A stretch of 64,000 bases of DNA. It comes from Takakia lepidozioides. Its lineage: Eukaryota; Plantae; Bryophyta. A program made the position numbers and the translations under genes. Of this stretch, positions 45,845 to 58,775 are shown piece after piece (position 1 is the stretch's first letter; each line of letters begins with the position of its first letter). The notes beneath the pieces were generated by a model. It ran no database searches, was not told the DNA's origin, and saw only the letters and a list, made by a program, of their open reading frames with translations. Where the stretch lies: positions 21,576,001 to 21,640,000 of the forward strand of contig CM060733.1 of assembly GCA_030704615.1 (NCBI GenBank), written 5' to 3'.

Positions 45845-46411
45845 TGAGTCCCACTTTTCTTCCCCTTCCCTCTTCCACTATGCTCCCAGACCTAACTTCT
45901 TCCCCACTCCCCCTCGCACCATCCACAACCTGTCCTCCCTTTCTATAACACCTCACATGCACAGAACACTGTCTACTGCAGCCAAGACAACGAGCTGAGG
46001 GGAGATGGAGCGAGACGCTGCAGCAACAACAGTTACTACGCCGGTGCTTGTCAGAGATCTCCAGTCGCACAGAGAATATAAAGACCTTCAGTGTTGATTT
46101 TGCAACTTCACACATGTGGGTAGTGACCGACCGAAGGCCGCCGTCCAGGGCCCTTGCCCTAACCTTTTGGTGACCCTTTGGTGGGGTTGGTTAGACGTGA
46201 AAGGGAAGGGAAGCTGTGCCACTGCGTCTGTTGAGCTCGGGGTTCAACTGACCAGCCGGCCGGTATACTATACTCCACCCCAATTACCAGCCCATTGGAA
46301 GAAAAAACTACAACAGTGGATGCCCCCACTGTTATTGGTTGCATCCCACAGTAGCCGCTGCTAGAAGGAGAGACGAGGGTCCTTGGCAAGGTGGAGTATA
46401 GGGTTTGCAGC

Positions 46412-49400
46412 ATGGCGTTGTGGAGATGGATCTGGCCATTGGGGAAGAGGCCCGAGGATTGTCCCTTCTGTCTTCTGGCTCGTGGCGCTCCTGAGGGCCG
46501 CACTCCTGCCGTTTTATTTCAGGTACATTATGATGTTAAAAATCTCAACAAGAGCTTTGTAGTTATGGTATGTATGTTCCTATCGGCATGACCCTCTGTG
46601 TGAAGCTAGGGAAATGACAAAGCAGGAACGTTTCAACTAACTGTCAAGATGTTGGGATGATAGATGCTGGGGATTCTACAAGGCAGCTGCCTTTGAATTT
46701 TTTTGCAAAGCTTCCTCAGACAATTATCTAGCTTACTGATTTAGCGATGCAACATGGAGTAGATTCAAACCTATGTGCTTCCAAATGTCTGGCTAATTTG
46801 TTCATTGGATATGGCTACTTCGTTTTCTGAGTTATGTTTCTTTCAAATTTTCCTCCCTGAGCCTTCCTCCTCAACTGGAAGGCTGATTAACGTTTTCCTT
46901 AGGGTGAAATCGTGTGGTATCTAGCTCACTTTACCTGAACAAAATGTAATGTTTGCATATAGTACCAATCTAGCACAAAGTGCAGAGTAGATTTCTACCT
47001 CACCTTATGTGTCAAACTATTTTTGGATGCAGGATGAACAGGTAGTTGCCTTTAAGGACCGCAGTCCAGCTGCTTTTAGGTGGGTGGTTCTGTAGGTAAG
47101 GATTTTCTACCTTGCCTTGGAAGGTATGCATAGGAGGTATTCACCTGCATTATTGGGTAGTTTGCATGTACCACACTGTTACCATAACGAACCCCCAAAC
47201 CGAGTACGTCAACCCTCTAAAGCAAGTGAAGCCGCCTCGCCTGGTCCCATTATGCACACCTACCAACCAATAGATAAGTAATTTGCGTAGAATTCCAGGT
47301 TTAAACGGCTTGTCAGCTGTTATCCATGTCCACTTTACGTGATTGCAAGATAGAAAGAAAAGGCAGCATGCTAGTGGGTGTGAGGGTGGTAGTTAGTCTT
47401 CCAAGGGTACAAACCTGTGTTTATGCTGTTACAGCAGCACTCAACCCTGTGTTGTACTGAGCAGCACTTGAAAGTAGAGAGCCTAAGTGAGTTACAGGTT
47501 TGAAGCCAAAGTTCTTTGAAGTCCCACTGGCTACTCCACTGAGAAGAGCAGTGAGGCCTTCCACCTTCATGGCTTTGTTATCTCTTGCAACAGTACCTCC
47601 GCAAAGCCAAGCAAGTTTATGCTGCTACAGCAGCACTCTGCCCTGTGTTGTCATACTGAGCATTAATTCAAAGTACATAGCCTAAGAGAGTACCTTAGTT
47701 GATGTCATAGTACTTCAGCCTGAGATGACTGCTCCTTCAGTTCCTGCCTGCTCTTCCAAATGAGAAGAGCAGCCAGAGCTTCTAACTTTATAGGGCTAGC
47801 CTTTTTTCTGACCCTGTATGCTGGCTGCTTTAGGTTAGGACCTAGGGCTAATGAGTTCTAGGCAGAAAACTCCTAAAAGAGTAACGGGATTAGTCAATTC
47901 TCGAATGGTGTTACAAAACTCCCAAGGGAGCAATGAACAGTGACCGGATCATGTAGAAGGTGTACACATATACTCCACTATGCTACTGCTACAGGGCCTA
48001 GCACAAGGTACCCGGGATTAGTTCACCATCAACTGGCATGTTTGCAACATGGACAAACCCTTCTCCTTGCCTTACCAGCAGAAATGTACGACCAGCTCAA
48101 CAAGCAATGAGAGGCCTGAGGATTTTCTCTCTCTCTCTACCTCTCTCTCTTGCTTTATCTTCTCAGGGATCTGAATCTTAACCCGCAAGTCTTGACCCTG
48201 CTGGATAAATGCTGTCGTGTCCAAAGCCATGTCTGTTGCCAGGAAATTGTCTGATGAAAATGAAGTTAGGCAGAAAACTTCCCTGAACTTGTTTCCAGTC
48301 TGTGACATGGGGGAGGACATCATGGATGACCTCTACCCACTCTCGGCACTAGACTGAAATTTAAACTCAGGGCGGGAAGCCTACCTTTGAAAAGCAAACA
48401 GAAGCAGAGAGGAAAGGGAGAGTGCAATTGCCCATTGTGTGGGCAACCTGAAGACAGTATTCATTTTTTGATTCACTGTCCGGGGTTCTCTCTCACCAGA
48501 GATACGCTCTCCTCAAATCTATCAAGGGAATTGTGCCTGTACCTCTGTTTACCAACTTGGAAAGTCTCGTGGCTGATCCAAAAGCCCAGGCCCTTCTGGG
48601 GCCTAGTTATTGGGCAAACCACACACAGCAGATTGATGCTTGTGTGAAGGGATTCCTAGAGGATATCTGGAAAACCCGGATCAATGTTTTGTTTCAAGGT
48701 AAGTCTTACTACCGACGTCAGCCCCTGACAGAGGTAGGTTCTGTCCATATGGCCTAGAGGTAGAGTCTGTGTTCTGAGGTAGGTTCTGTGCTTTATCTTG
48801 ATGGTGGCTACTTATTCAACCATACTCATGGGCCATATGTCTCTTAGGAGGTTAGGATGGATCAGAAAATGGGGCGAGGGGAAGGACTGGATAGCAGAGT
48901 GGGTCTGCTACCATCTCTGAAGGCTTCGTTAGTGCAACGCATGTCTCTAATTTTTTTAATGCGAATGCTGATTTTGCGTGTAATGCCCTTGGCAGGCACT
49001 ATCTGGTGGTACCAGTGGATCACATCAAGAACATCAACAGCCTGCGACCAAGTGAAGCAAATCATGCTTTAGGTATCAATCATGTTTTAGGTATCAATCA
49101 TGTTTAGGAGGTAGTGAGGCTTCATCTGTTGGCTTGTTCCCTGATGCCTTGTCCTGTGTATTCCTCACCTTCTCTTTTCTCAAATGGAAATGTTGAGCAC
49201 GTTTTTCCTTTCTGTGTAACCTGGTGTCTGCAGTGTTGCACATGCTTAAAGTAGGGGAGTCATTGGTGCATCGAGATTCTCCAGAAGCCCCCAGTTACAG
49301 GTTCTTGCCCAACTTGCTGGAGCCCTATTAGGGTGTCAACTTTATGTTGTAATCCACAGAATGCTACTCTTCTGGAAACAACAATCTTAGACAATTAGGC

Positions 49401-50286
49401 ATCTGACCTGTAAGCGCATAGGACCAATTCCTTCTCCCCGATATGGTATTTTGTTTCCGCTCAAAGTTCCTATTTTACTGTAGTAAGGAGTACCTATGTT
49501 TGGGTTGGGGAATCTCTTCTGTTGTGCCCACTGTACCAGGTGAGCAATCTGTCCCGTATGTCCTGGAAGTATGTTGAGGAGCAATGTTGTGTATTACCAA
49601 ATGGTTAGATTCTGAGGTATGAAAAATGTGGCAGCAGTTTTCTCCTAGATTATGACCACAGTCGGCACTCTGTTGTGTAGAAGATTCTTTCATCACTTGA
49701 TTGCAGAATTTCAGTGGTGATCCACCGCCCAGGTAGAATGGAGATGAACTTATAGACTCACATAACATCTTTTGAGTATTCTTGCATGGACAAGGTGGGA
49801 TTCTACAGGATGGGAAATTGTCACATCAGGCAATCAAAGCACTGAAGGGTCTCGTGATACAAACTTGTTAATCTTTCACTGTGGTCTGAGCTATAACTCG
49901 AGTCTGTTATCTGTTCTGATTGTACAGGTTTGGGTTCCACAGGCCTCCATTCAACAGTGTCCACCATCTCCATCTTCATTGCATGGCTCTCCCCTACATT
50001 TCTTGGTGACTGTTTCTGAGGCCTTATGTTTTTCAATGTTTTGCATGTATGTTTGTCATATATTATACACCTGACTGTCTATTATCAAGTCTCTCACTCC
50101 CTCCTGTCTCCTTCATGGATCTGATGGAAGCTGTTCCTTGGGAGCAGGTGGAGGGGGATGAAGTACACTTCTCTGGGATGGTGGGGGGCATATGTTAGTG
50201 CAGAGAATGTTTTGCACTACTTGGATCCTGTCAAAGACTCCAAGTCTCCATCATCAAAGGATGGTCTTCCAAGGATGTCTGCATAG
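46412..50286 (+). CDS. HINT4: HINT4-like histidine triad hydrolase; exons 46412-46522, 47033-47079, 48996-49072, 49234-49300, 49928-50005, 50148-50286
   Basis: CPFC..DEQVVAFKDRSPAAFRHYLVVPVDHI..YRFGFHRPPFNSVHHLHLHC..WWRGMKY; intron phases consistent; not visible in the ORF track. Confidence 0.92.
47421..47700 (+). repeat. ~195-bp-period intronic duplication
   Basis: TTATGCTG(T/C)TACAGCAGCACTC..CCCTGTGTTGT..ACTGAGCA..AAAGTA..AGCCTAAG occurs twice. Confidence 0.65.
48330..48757 (+). mobile_element. LINE ORF2 3'-end remnant in a HINT4 intron
   Basis: RLKFKLRAGSLPL..CPLCGQPEDSIHFLIHCP zinc-knuckle region. Confidence 0.7.
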
Positions 50287-51168
50287 ACAGTCGGGTTTTC
50301 TCAGACTGAATTCTTGCAGTACGACTTAGCTTTGGCGAGCATGTTGACATATTCATAGGTGTACATTCAGCTGGGCCTTTTGGGATCGATGATGTGTGCA
50401 AAGATGTTGGAGTCACTCTGTCCAGCAAGATTTGTATGATTGAATCTGTATGGTGGGTCATGTTGATGAGCTTCGAGCTTGAGATTGTGTGCCAGTCTGA
50501 AGGCAGCTGGCAGTATTCTTGACCATTATTAGACGCGACTGGGATCGGTCCACCTGTAACTTTATAACTTTCTGTTTCGTTGGTGGTGGTCAGGCATCAG
50601 TGGAAAAGCAGTTTATTAATCTTGATAATAAAAACTCGCGAACCCACATGATGCATGCCATTGTATTCCTTGATGTGGGGTCAGTTTTCTGAGGTCTTTG
50701 AAGCATGAGTAACCATGAGGAATCAGTGGATGGGAGTTCAAAATTTGTCACTGGGACAGGAAGGCCCAGATTTCAGTGTACTCAGAGTTTGGGTGGGAAG
50801 GAATTTGCAAGGAGACTGTTAGGTTGTCCTCACGAATTCGGATTAATTACAGCAAGTACATTTATTCCAAGCAGCTGAGCCAGAGACTGATATGGAGGAC
50901 ACCATATATGTACAGGACAGGAAGGTTTCTTTTAAGCATGGATATATATAGAAAAGCTTCAGACTGGGCTCAATTCTACTGAAGGTCTGGAAAGGATGCA
51001 TCCATAGTTAGGTGAAGGTTGCAAGAAAAGCTGCACAACACAGGCGGCGGACTAGGTTTAGTCACAAGAGCTTTGGAACAAACAACATCTAAAGCGCATC
51101 CATCTTAGAGCGTGGAAACATTCCTTCTGGACACTTTGCAGTGCAGGTTGAGGAAAAAGGGTGTTTTC

Positions 51169-52095
51169 CAGTGTTGTGCGGTTCTTGCCATATTGAAGGA
51201 ACCGCCGATTCCGGTTCATTGGCATATTTAAAGAGGCGGTTCCGGGTCCGGATCCGGTTCTTTTTTATGAAGTGGTTCCAGTTCCGGTTCCGGTTCCAAA
51301 ATTCATGAGCAGATTTCGGTTCTGGTTCCGGGTATTTTTTGGGAAGGAATCGCCGGTTCCAGTTTCCGGATTCGGTTCTGTATTTTTTGAATTTAAAAAT
51401 ATATATTAAATTTGTCATCGTTTTTTTATGAATCTGAAAATGATTTGTGAATCCCCGTTAGTTATATCAAATCTTTTGACCATGTTGAAAAGAAACAGCA
51501 CAACATTCATATACAAATTTATGAAATAATAATAATGCAATATAAGCAAGAGCTTAAACGGCTTTTGAGTAGTTTCCGTAGGGAACGAGTATAAATCAAT
51601 GTGTACACAAAGAAATCATTTTATCTCAAACAACTTGGCCTCTGCAATCAACTTCTCGTTGTCATCTAAGAGGACTTCCTCACTGTTCAAAAACAGACAT
51701 GAGAGACAATACAAGTTTGTGGAAAACAAAAACAAAAAAACCGCTGCCTACGCTGCTCCAGCCTCCCCCAAGTGCGGAGGCCCTGCTCCTTCCTCCCTGT
51801 GCTGCAATGCGCTGCTCCCTCACCCGCGCTGAAGTCGTGCTACTGCAGCAGATTGCGCAGATTGGAGGTGAGAGACGACAGATCGCCGGGAAAAAAAAGA
51901 AAAAAAAACCCTAGTGCGGGAACCGGATCCGGAACCGCCACTGACCCCCGGTTCTAGTTCCCAGCCGGTTCCTGGAAAAACCCATATCCGCGGGTTCCGG
52001 TTCTGGAACCAGCTCGTCCCTGCTCCCCCGGTTCCGGTTCCCAGGAGCCGGAACCGCCGGTTCCAACCCACTAAGCGGGTACCCGCACAACACTG
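51169..52095. mobile_element. hAT-type MITE
   Basis: TIR CAGTGTTGTGCGG / CCGCACAACACTG; perfect 8-bp TSD GTGTTTTC; dense CCGGTT/GGAACC subterminal repeats. Confidence 0.92.
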
Positions 52096-52957
52096 GTGTT
52101 TTCCTTGAAAGACAGGATATGTGTAGATTCTTTATAGGTACATGCCATGATGGTGCAAGCTTGGCGAGTCATCTGCCAGCTCTAAAAGGTTGTGGGACTT
52201 TTTGAGGGTGGGGTACTGTTGAGATATGAAGGGATGCCACGAGAAGAATGCTGCTGAAACTGTCCAAATCCAACCTGTGGTTGTTGCCTCCCCCCAGCCA
52301 GGCTATCTCGGACCCACCAGTTGAATGCTGTGGTGGGCCCTTCATGGAACATGCTGGGAAGTACCACCTACGTGAGATCAAAAGGCGGTCTCCCTTGGAC
52401 AAGCCATGACGATGATAAAGCTTCCCATTTTGTCTTTTGGAAGTCGTGACGAATGCGTTGCATTCAATCTCCAGCATCGTTGACAACTTGACAACTGAGC
52501 TGTGATGAGATTTGAAGAAGCAGGTCTCTCATTTGGGAATAGAGGGATGCAGATTCACAATTCCCTCCAGGCAAACTTGGTTGCAGCTCTGCAACTTCAC
52601 TACACACAATTCAATGTATGAATTGGTTAAGCTGAAGGCCCCTAACGAACTGGCATTCAATTCCTAATCATTGCCACCTGTATTGTATAAATGTCATTAG
52701 TTTGAGATGGACCCCATTTGGTTATGAGGAAACCCCCCCATTAAAGTATCAATGCATGATTGCTTTCGAAACTAATGCATCAGTTGGGAATCATCCACGA
52801 CATCACAAAGTCAAGACAAGAAAGAGCCCTGGGCACAATGGCTCCTGTTTGTAGCTGCCTGATTCCAAGCAGCAGATCAGGGAATGTTTTTGTTTTTTTC
52901 TGAAAGGGAGGGAAAAAAGTTAAAACCCTCAAAGCTGGCATATGATAAGGCCCACGT

Positions 52958-52999
<42 letters not shown>
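52958..52999 (+). repeat. (AAC)14 microsatellite
   Basis: Read directly from the sequence. Confidence 0.9.
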
Positions 53000-53002
<3 letters not shown>

Positions 53003-55561
53003 AAAAAATTTGTGCAAAACAATGAGCAAAAAGTTACATTTTTATTTGATTTTCGGGAAAATGGACGAGGCCAGACAAGGATCATTGCATTGATAGATGT
53101 GGAAAAAATAACTACATTGGAAAACCGCACCGTTGCAAAAGTCACCGAGTACGAAAGAAGCACAAGAGTGCCACAAGGACCCAAAGGTATGAAGAGAAAA
53201 GCAGGAAGGAGAACCAAAGACCTAAGAAGAAACCATGAAACAATTACAAGGGGAGCTTCCAACCCACAAATTAAAAAAACTAAGATTGGCTACAGTGTGT
53301 GGCCCCGAGGTTTTCATATTTTTCCCCCTAATATCCCAAATAAAGTTTTCTCCTAGGTTCTGCCCATGGTACACCCAAAAAAAAAAAAAAAAAAAAAAAG
53401 ATTGGCCTTAAGTGGGGAGGCAGGTAACTCCCCACCCACAATCCACCCATTGCGTCACAAAGCTGATCTTTGATAGTATCAACTAAGTATTTCCTTTTTG
53501 TTGTTTTCCTGAGAAGGACAGGGCAACCAACATGGAGAATATTCAATATATGTTTATTTTTAGGTCGTTGACATGGATAAATAAAATAGTAGCAAAAGAG
53601 AGAAAAGACATTAATATATGTGCCCTTTCCCCTCTCAAGCAGGTACTGGCCCCTTGTAGCGGGTGGGCTCTATAACACTGGCAAACATAGGTAGCTGGAT
53701 ATTATTAAATGTATTGTACATTGTCTACCTACCTAAGTACCTATCTATCAATAGGATATAAAGAGTACACTGTATAAATACGGCATATCCTAGTAAAGAT
53801 AATTGGATGCCGACCCTCAGATCTCTACAAACTTTCATGAAAATTTAATTTTTTTGTAACACAAGCTTTAAACTGTTGTTGCGCAATCTCCAAGTTGGAA
53901 AACTAAAAAAGTGTCACTATATTTAAGCCTTAAATGCCTATGAAACCTGAAACGGTTTCTTTTTTTTCCATTTTTTTCTTTTTTTCTTTTTTTTGAAAGG
54001 GACTGGAGCCCACAAAATATATTAGAGAAAAGGGACAGGAACAAATAACCCGTGTTTCACTTAAGTAATTCAACCCTTAATTAATTTTAACATGGTTCCT
54101 TCTGCAATTTGGTTCCTGATGACATAGCCGACCACCGCTCCAATTGAAAGCATGCAGAGTTGACGTTGCAGAAGCCATAAACTCATGAGTGAGGAAATTG
54201 TTCAGGGCCACTTGGGGGACAATATTTTTGCAATTTATGCCGTGGGATGTGGGAAAAATCTCAGTTTAAGTGTAACCGCCTCCCCAAGGAATTTGGAGAA
54301 TTTTCAATCTTTGGATGGCCTTATTTGGAGACACAGTCTATTTTTAAGACTCCATGTTATGGAGGGCAATTTCAATCCCCCAAAAACACCTACAACAACA
54401 GCTCCAGGCTAAACATGGCTCATTTACATTGGGAACTTAGCATTCCTACCACAGATCAGGAATATGTGGGAGAAGCAACCAAGAAAAATCTAACAACCGT
54501 TAAGTCGCCAGTCAACCCAAAATCTCCATGTTTTTTTAATTTTTTAATTTCATTTATGTTTTCACAAACTAAAAATATAAAAGGATCCCCACCAAGTAAT
54601 ATAATCTCTCAAATTTCAGGGCTCAATTTTTGGCGAGTGAATGGCGGCAAGTAGGTAGGCACCAACTCGCACTACTCATTTTTGTGGATGAATATTGATA
54701 GGTGGGTAGCCTCAGTTTACTTGGCATGAGTAGTAAATCTTACGTGTCAAAAAATCAACTATGTAAGCAGTTAAGGGTCCTTTTTTTTTGGAACAGGGGA
54801 CAGAGGCCCTAAATTGATAAAAGTTACACTACAGATGTGAAAACTGACTGGCATAGATATGTTATTCAGCCACAAACGCTACCAGTGCTTGTAGGTTACC
54901 TGCAAAGGAAAAAAAAACAAAGGCCATGTAGCTTAGGCTTTCTTCAAAAAAGTTAAAACAAAAAGTAAGTTTCAACATTTAAACAATAAAAATGTTTACT
55001 ACGGTGTTCATACTAGTACAAGTACAGGGATTTGGAGTACGTAATTGACACCTACTATTTTGTATTACTAGGCGATTTACTCAATTTTCACCAAGAAGTT
55101 TAATAGTAAGTTGCCGCCTGGCGGTCCGGTTGAATTAAAAAAGTAAAAACTGCCAAAATTCTTATCTGATAATGGAACTAAAGGGATAAATCTGAAGGGA
55201 ACTGAATATAGTGGAATGGGATCCTATAGAACTGAGGGGAATATGGATGTACCCTGGAACGGGGCCTTAAGGGGCTCACCGAGCACCCTTTCCTTACCCG
55301 GGCCTAATTGAGGAAGAGAAATCCATCAATGTGTGGTCTGTCCTAACTTGGGGAGGAACCATCAGACCAGTTTTGTATTAGCAAAGACAGTGAAATGTGG
55401 GATCCAAGATTTCTAAAATTCTACTTCAATTTTCTCTTACTATGTATGTGCCCTCATAATGGTGGAAGGGCCTCATCAGCTGCCCTTCATTGGCGAAAAG
55501 AACCAACCTGCCCCTTCATGGGCCACAAAATCGTCATCTTACCAATTTCATAAGGCCCTAT

Positions 55562-55847
55562 CAGCGTTTTTCTTTGGGCGAATTTTCGCCAAATGGCGAC
55601 CTCAAAAAATAGAAAAGAATATTCTGTAGCAAATTCCATGTTTTTTCATGGATGAAATCGCCAAATTTCTCCAAAAACAATAAAAAATATGGATGAATTC
55701 GCCAAATATGGATGATATGAATGGATGAAAGTATGGATGTGGATGATTCTGTCCTAATTTGAATGGATGAACAGAATATATGCCTAATTTTTGCAAAACT
55801 CTGTATCCACTCGTGCTATTTTTCGAATTATAAGAAAAAAAACTCTG
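55562..55847. mobile_element. hAT-type MITE
   Basis: TIR CAG(C/A)GTTTTT; perfect 8-bp TSD GGCCCTAT; GGCGA/TCGCC motifs. Confidence 0.85.
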
Positions 55848-55993
55848 GGCCCTATGTGTCAATTACAGACGTGGCATAAGGCACGTCCTCCAGTTGAGTA
55901 GGTAACAAATTTACCCAAGGGGAATATGTACGATTGTTTACACACGACCTGGTCAAAAAGTGGCCTTGTCTTTCCCGGGTAAGGGGGACCACG

Positions 55994-56065
55994 GCAGTAG
56001 CTCACTGAGTGCCACCTAGGCGAGTCTGGGTTCAAATCCTGCTACCTTGTTGGGTGTGGTACAAT
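55994..56065 (+). mobile_element. SINE head fragment of the 56589 family
   Basis: CAGTAGCTCACTGAGTGCCACC.AG..TCTGGGTTCAAATCCTGCTAC..GGGTGTGGTA. Confidence 0.7.
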
Positions 56066-56588
56066 CCGGGATTATGAATTTTATTGCTCTGAGTACTCAC
56101 TTACCCTCCAGGGTGGTTTTTATAGTATTGTCAATTTTGTTTACGTTTTTTTTGGGTATATATAAATGCACAACAATGCCAAAATCTACAGGTATCGTCC
56201 AGAGTATTAGTAAACACAATATCGGGCCAATACGGGTATATGTTAGGTAGTGGTGCTTGATACCATCAATATAAATACCAGAATTCATACCAGTTTCTTC
56301 TCAGTATACAGTCCAACTCTATTTTTTTTTTTTTTTTTTTCCACAGGCCGCCAGAATTTTATTAAAAAAGAGACGAGGAAAAAATAACCCCATGGACAAC
56401 CATAAGGACTTCACCATTTATTTCTCACGTGTTGTATTCAGCAATTTTATTCTGATATTTTATAGTACTAACTTCTGTGAACATCTTTGATGAAAGGGCC
56501 TTTTTGTTTTTGGGATCTTTGATGAAAGGTCCCATTTTGTACAATCCCACAAGAAAGAGCCTAAGAAAAAGAAAAAGAAAAAACCAAC

Positions 56589-56816
56589 AGTCAGTAGCTC
56601 AGTTGGTTAAGTGCACTGAGTGCCACCCAGATGATTCTGGGGTCGAATCTTGCTACTACTGACGGGTGTGGTATGGTTCTTGGGCGGTGTCCCACTCATT
56701 CGCCTCCATGGCGCATAAATGAAAGAGGTTATTTTCTCCTCTCACTACAAAGGGGCCTGATTTGTGAGCTGTCGCTCCCAGGTGTTTCCCTTTTTGAAAA
56801 AATAAAATAAAATAAA
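56589..56816 (+). mobile_element. Full-length tRNA-derived SINE (~230 bp)
   Basis: A box TAGCTCAGTTGG; B box GGTCGAATC; (AAAAT)n tail; flanking direct repeat AAAGAGCCTAA at 56554 and 56817. Confidence 0.8.
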
Positions 56817-58775
56817 AAAGAGCCTAAAAGGGCTTAAAAGGGCGTCTGTCCCCTTTTGTTAAAAAAAAAGAAAAAAGAAGAAGAAGAAAGAGCCCTTAAG
56901 TAAAATTTATGAACAGACAGAGAAATGGGTCCACGCGGTGGGTATGCGTTTCTGAGTAGCTTCGTGAAATTTTGTGGAAGCCGGTTTGTCTGCAGAGAAG
57001 AACGTTCCAAGTGGACACGAGGATGCTTGTTGGTGGGGCACGACGTACGCGGGCAACCTGTAGAGGCTCCGTGGGCAACAGATCTGCGGAGGACTGTTCT
57101 TTTTGTCTTGCAATTGAATGGGTCAATTAGCTCGAGGCCAAACGGGGTCAGTAGTTGTGCTCTCTCTAAATAGAAGGGGAGTTGTTACAAAACTTGTTTG
57201 AACCGCGCTGCTTCAGGGTCACCAAAACTGCCCAGGAGAAGACTTGAATAGTGCTAGAGTTATTGTCGTACATACACCACCCATGTCGCTGTCTTTAGCT
57301 TCCTGGAAGATTTGATATTCTAGAGCCCTGCAATGGGTCACTGGTTTCTCATGGGGAGTTGAGAGACAAGATGGGTGGCGGTGGCGAGAGGGAATGTGAT
57401 CAGAACTGTACAGATGGAGATCAGATCCCTGAGGCAGCTTGAAACTTTGAGAAATAGATTGTGTACTTGACAGGGCGGGGGTAGCTTGATTAATATACAG
57501 TCTAGTGTCACTGCATTGGCTACTATGCAGAAATCCACGGGTCACTATGTCCAATTAAGCCACGACAGGCCTCCGATTTGATTGTCGAATGAGACTAGGA
57601 AAAACTCACCCATAACCAGATGAGATGGAAGTAGTTGACTTTGAAGATCATGTGCAGCTCTGCGCCATCGTCTATTCGGCGAAGCTTTGAAGGATCTAGA
57701 GGGGACTCAGCAACAAGCGAGACCACTTGCTCCAGGAAGTTCACTTCAAGGGACTAGTTCTACAATTCTATTCATGAATTCAATCGAAGTCCAGACACAG
57801 ATGAGGAAAGCAATTCCAACTTAGACTAACAAGCAGAACGAAGCTCCCAAGACTCATGGCGTCGTACAGCTTCGTAAACCAGAAAAAGTTACACAGGTCT
57901 GTTCTGGATTATCATCTGACAAAGACGACGGTGCTTAAAGGAGACCCTGAGGAGAAAGAGCGTGAAAGAGCTCTTTGATGAAAGGTCAAACAAAATTGAA
58001 GGTGAGTTCTTATGCACACATTGTCTCTCATCTGCCCCTTCTAATGTACCTTATACCCACAAGACCACCTGACTACAGAATCGGCTCTCTTTCTTTCTCT
58101 TTGTTGGAGAATGAAACATTTGAGGAACTTAATGATATACCGGTCGTTCAATAGTCGAGATCTACAGTATGCGTTTGGTACTTGTTGTTTCAAGAAACGA
58201 CATTCGTTGGTTGAGGAGAGGCCGAAGATTTCAGATCTCTATGGGTACTGCAAGATACTACGTGCACGCATGTGCATGAAGCTTGATAATCCAGGTGGCG
58301 ATTCGTGATCAATCCCAATGCTTCCTCCTCTTTGAACAATAGATGAACTCGTGACTGTCTTTATTATCCTTCTTTCGAACGCTCTTTACTAGCTGGCCAG
58401 CAGTGTCTTTCTGTACCTAATAACAGATCAGAGTGAAGGAGACGATGGAGACACACTTGTCAGCTGCACTTAGAGTTGATGAACCAAAAGATCATGGCTT
58501 GCCCATTGTGATTGTCACCAGGCAGTTTGCAGCTAGATCCTCCTTTCAGACACTGTATCTGGTACACGGTGAACAATTATCGAATTCCGTCCATATGTAC
58601 ATGTGTCTTTAGCTGTGAGGGACCGTCCACAGACCCCCACATCAGGCAGAGGTCTATGAAATTCCTACAGTACTTCTAATGTAGATTCTACGCAATAGAT
58701 AGTTAAATAATCCTTAATTCTCTTAATGCTGACCACGTAGCAGGCAATGCGGGGAGTGAGCAACGTTCGGTATGT

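Noticed and set aside
51089-52108. Several Pro/Arg/Asn-rich ORFs
   Set aside because: Translations of MITE subterminal GGAACC repeats
53012-53399. 114-aa ORF followed by poly(A), possible retrocopy
   Set aside because: No homology recognised and no TSD found
56589-56660. tRNA gene
   Set aside because: No proper acceptor stem; it continues into a SINE body, tail and TSD
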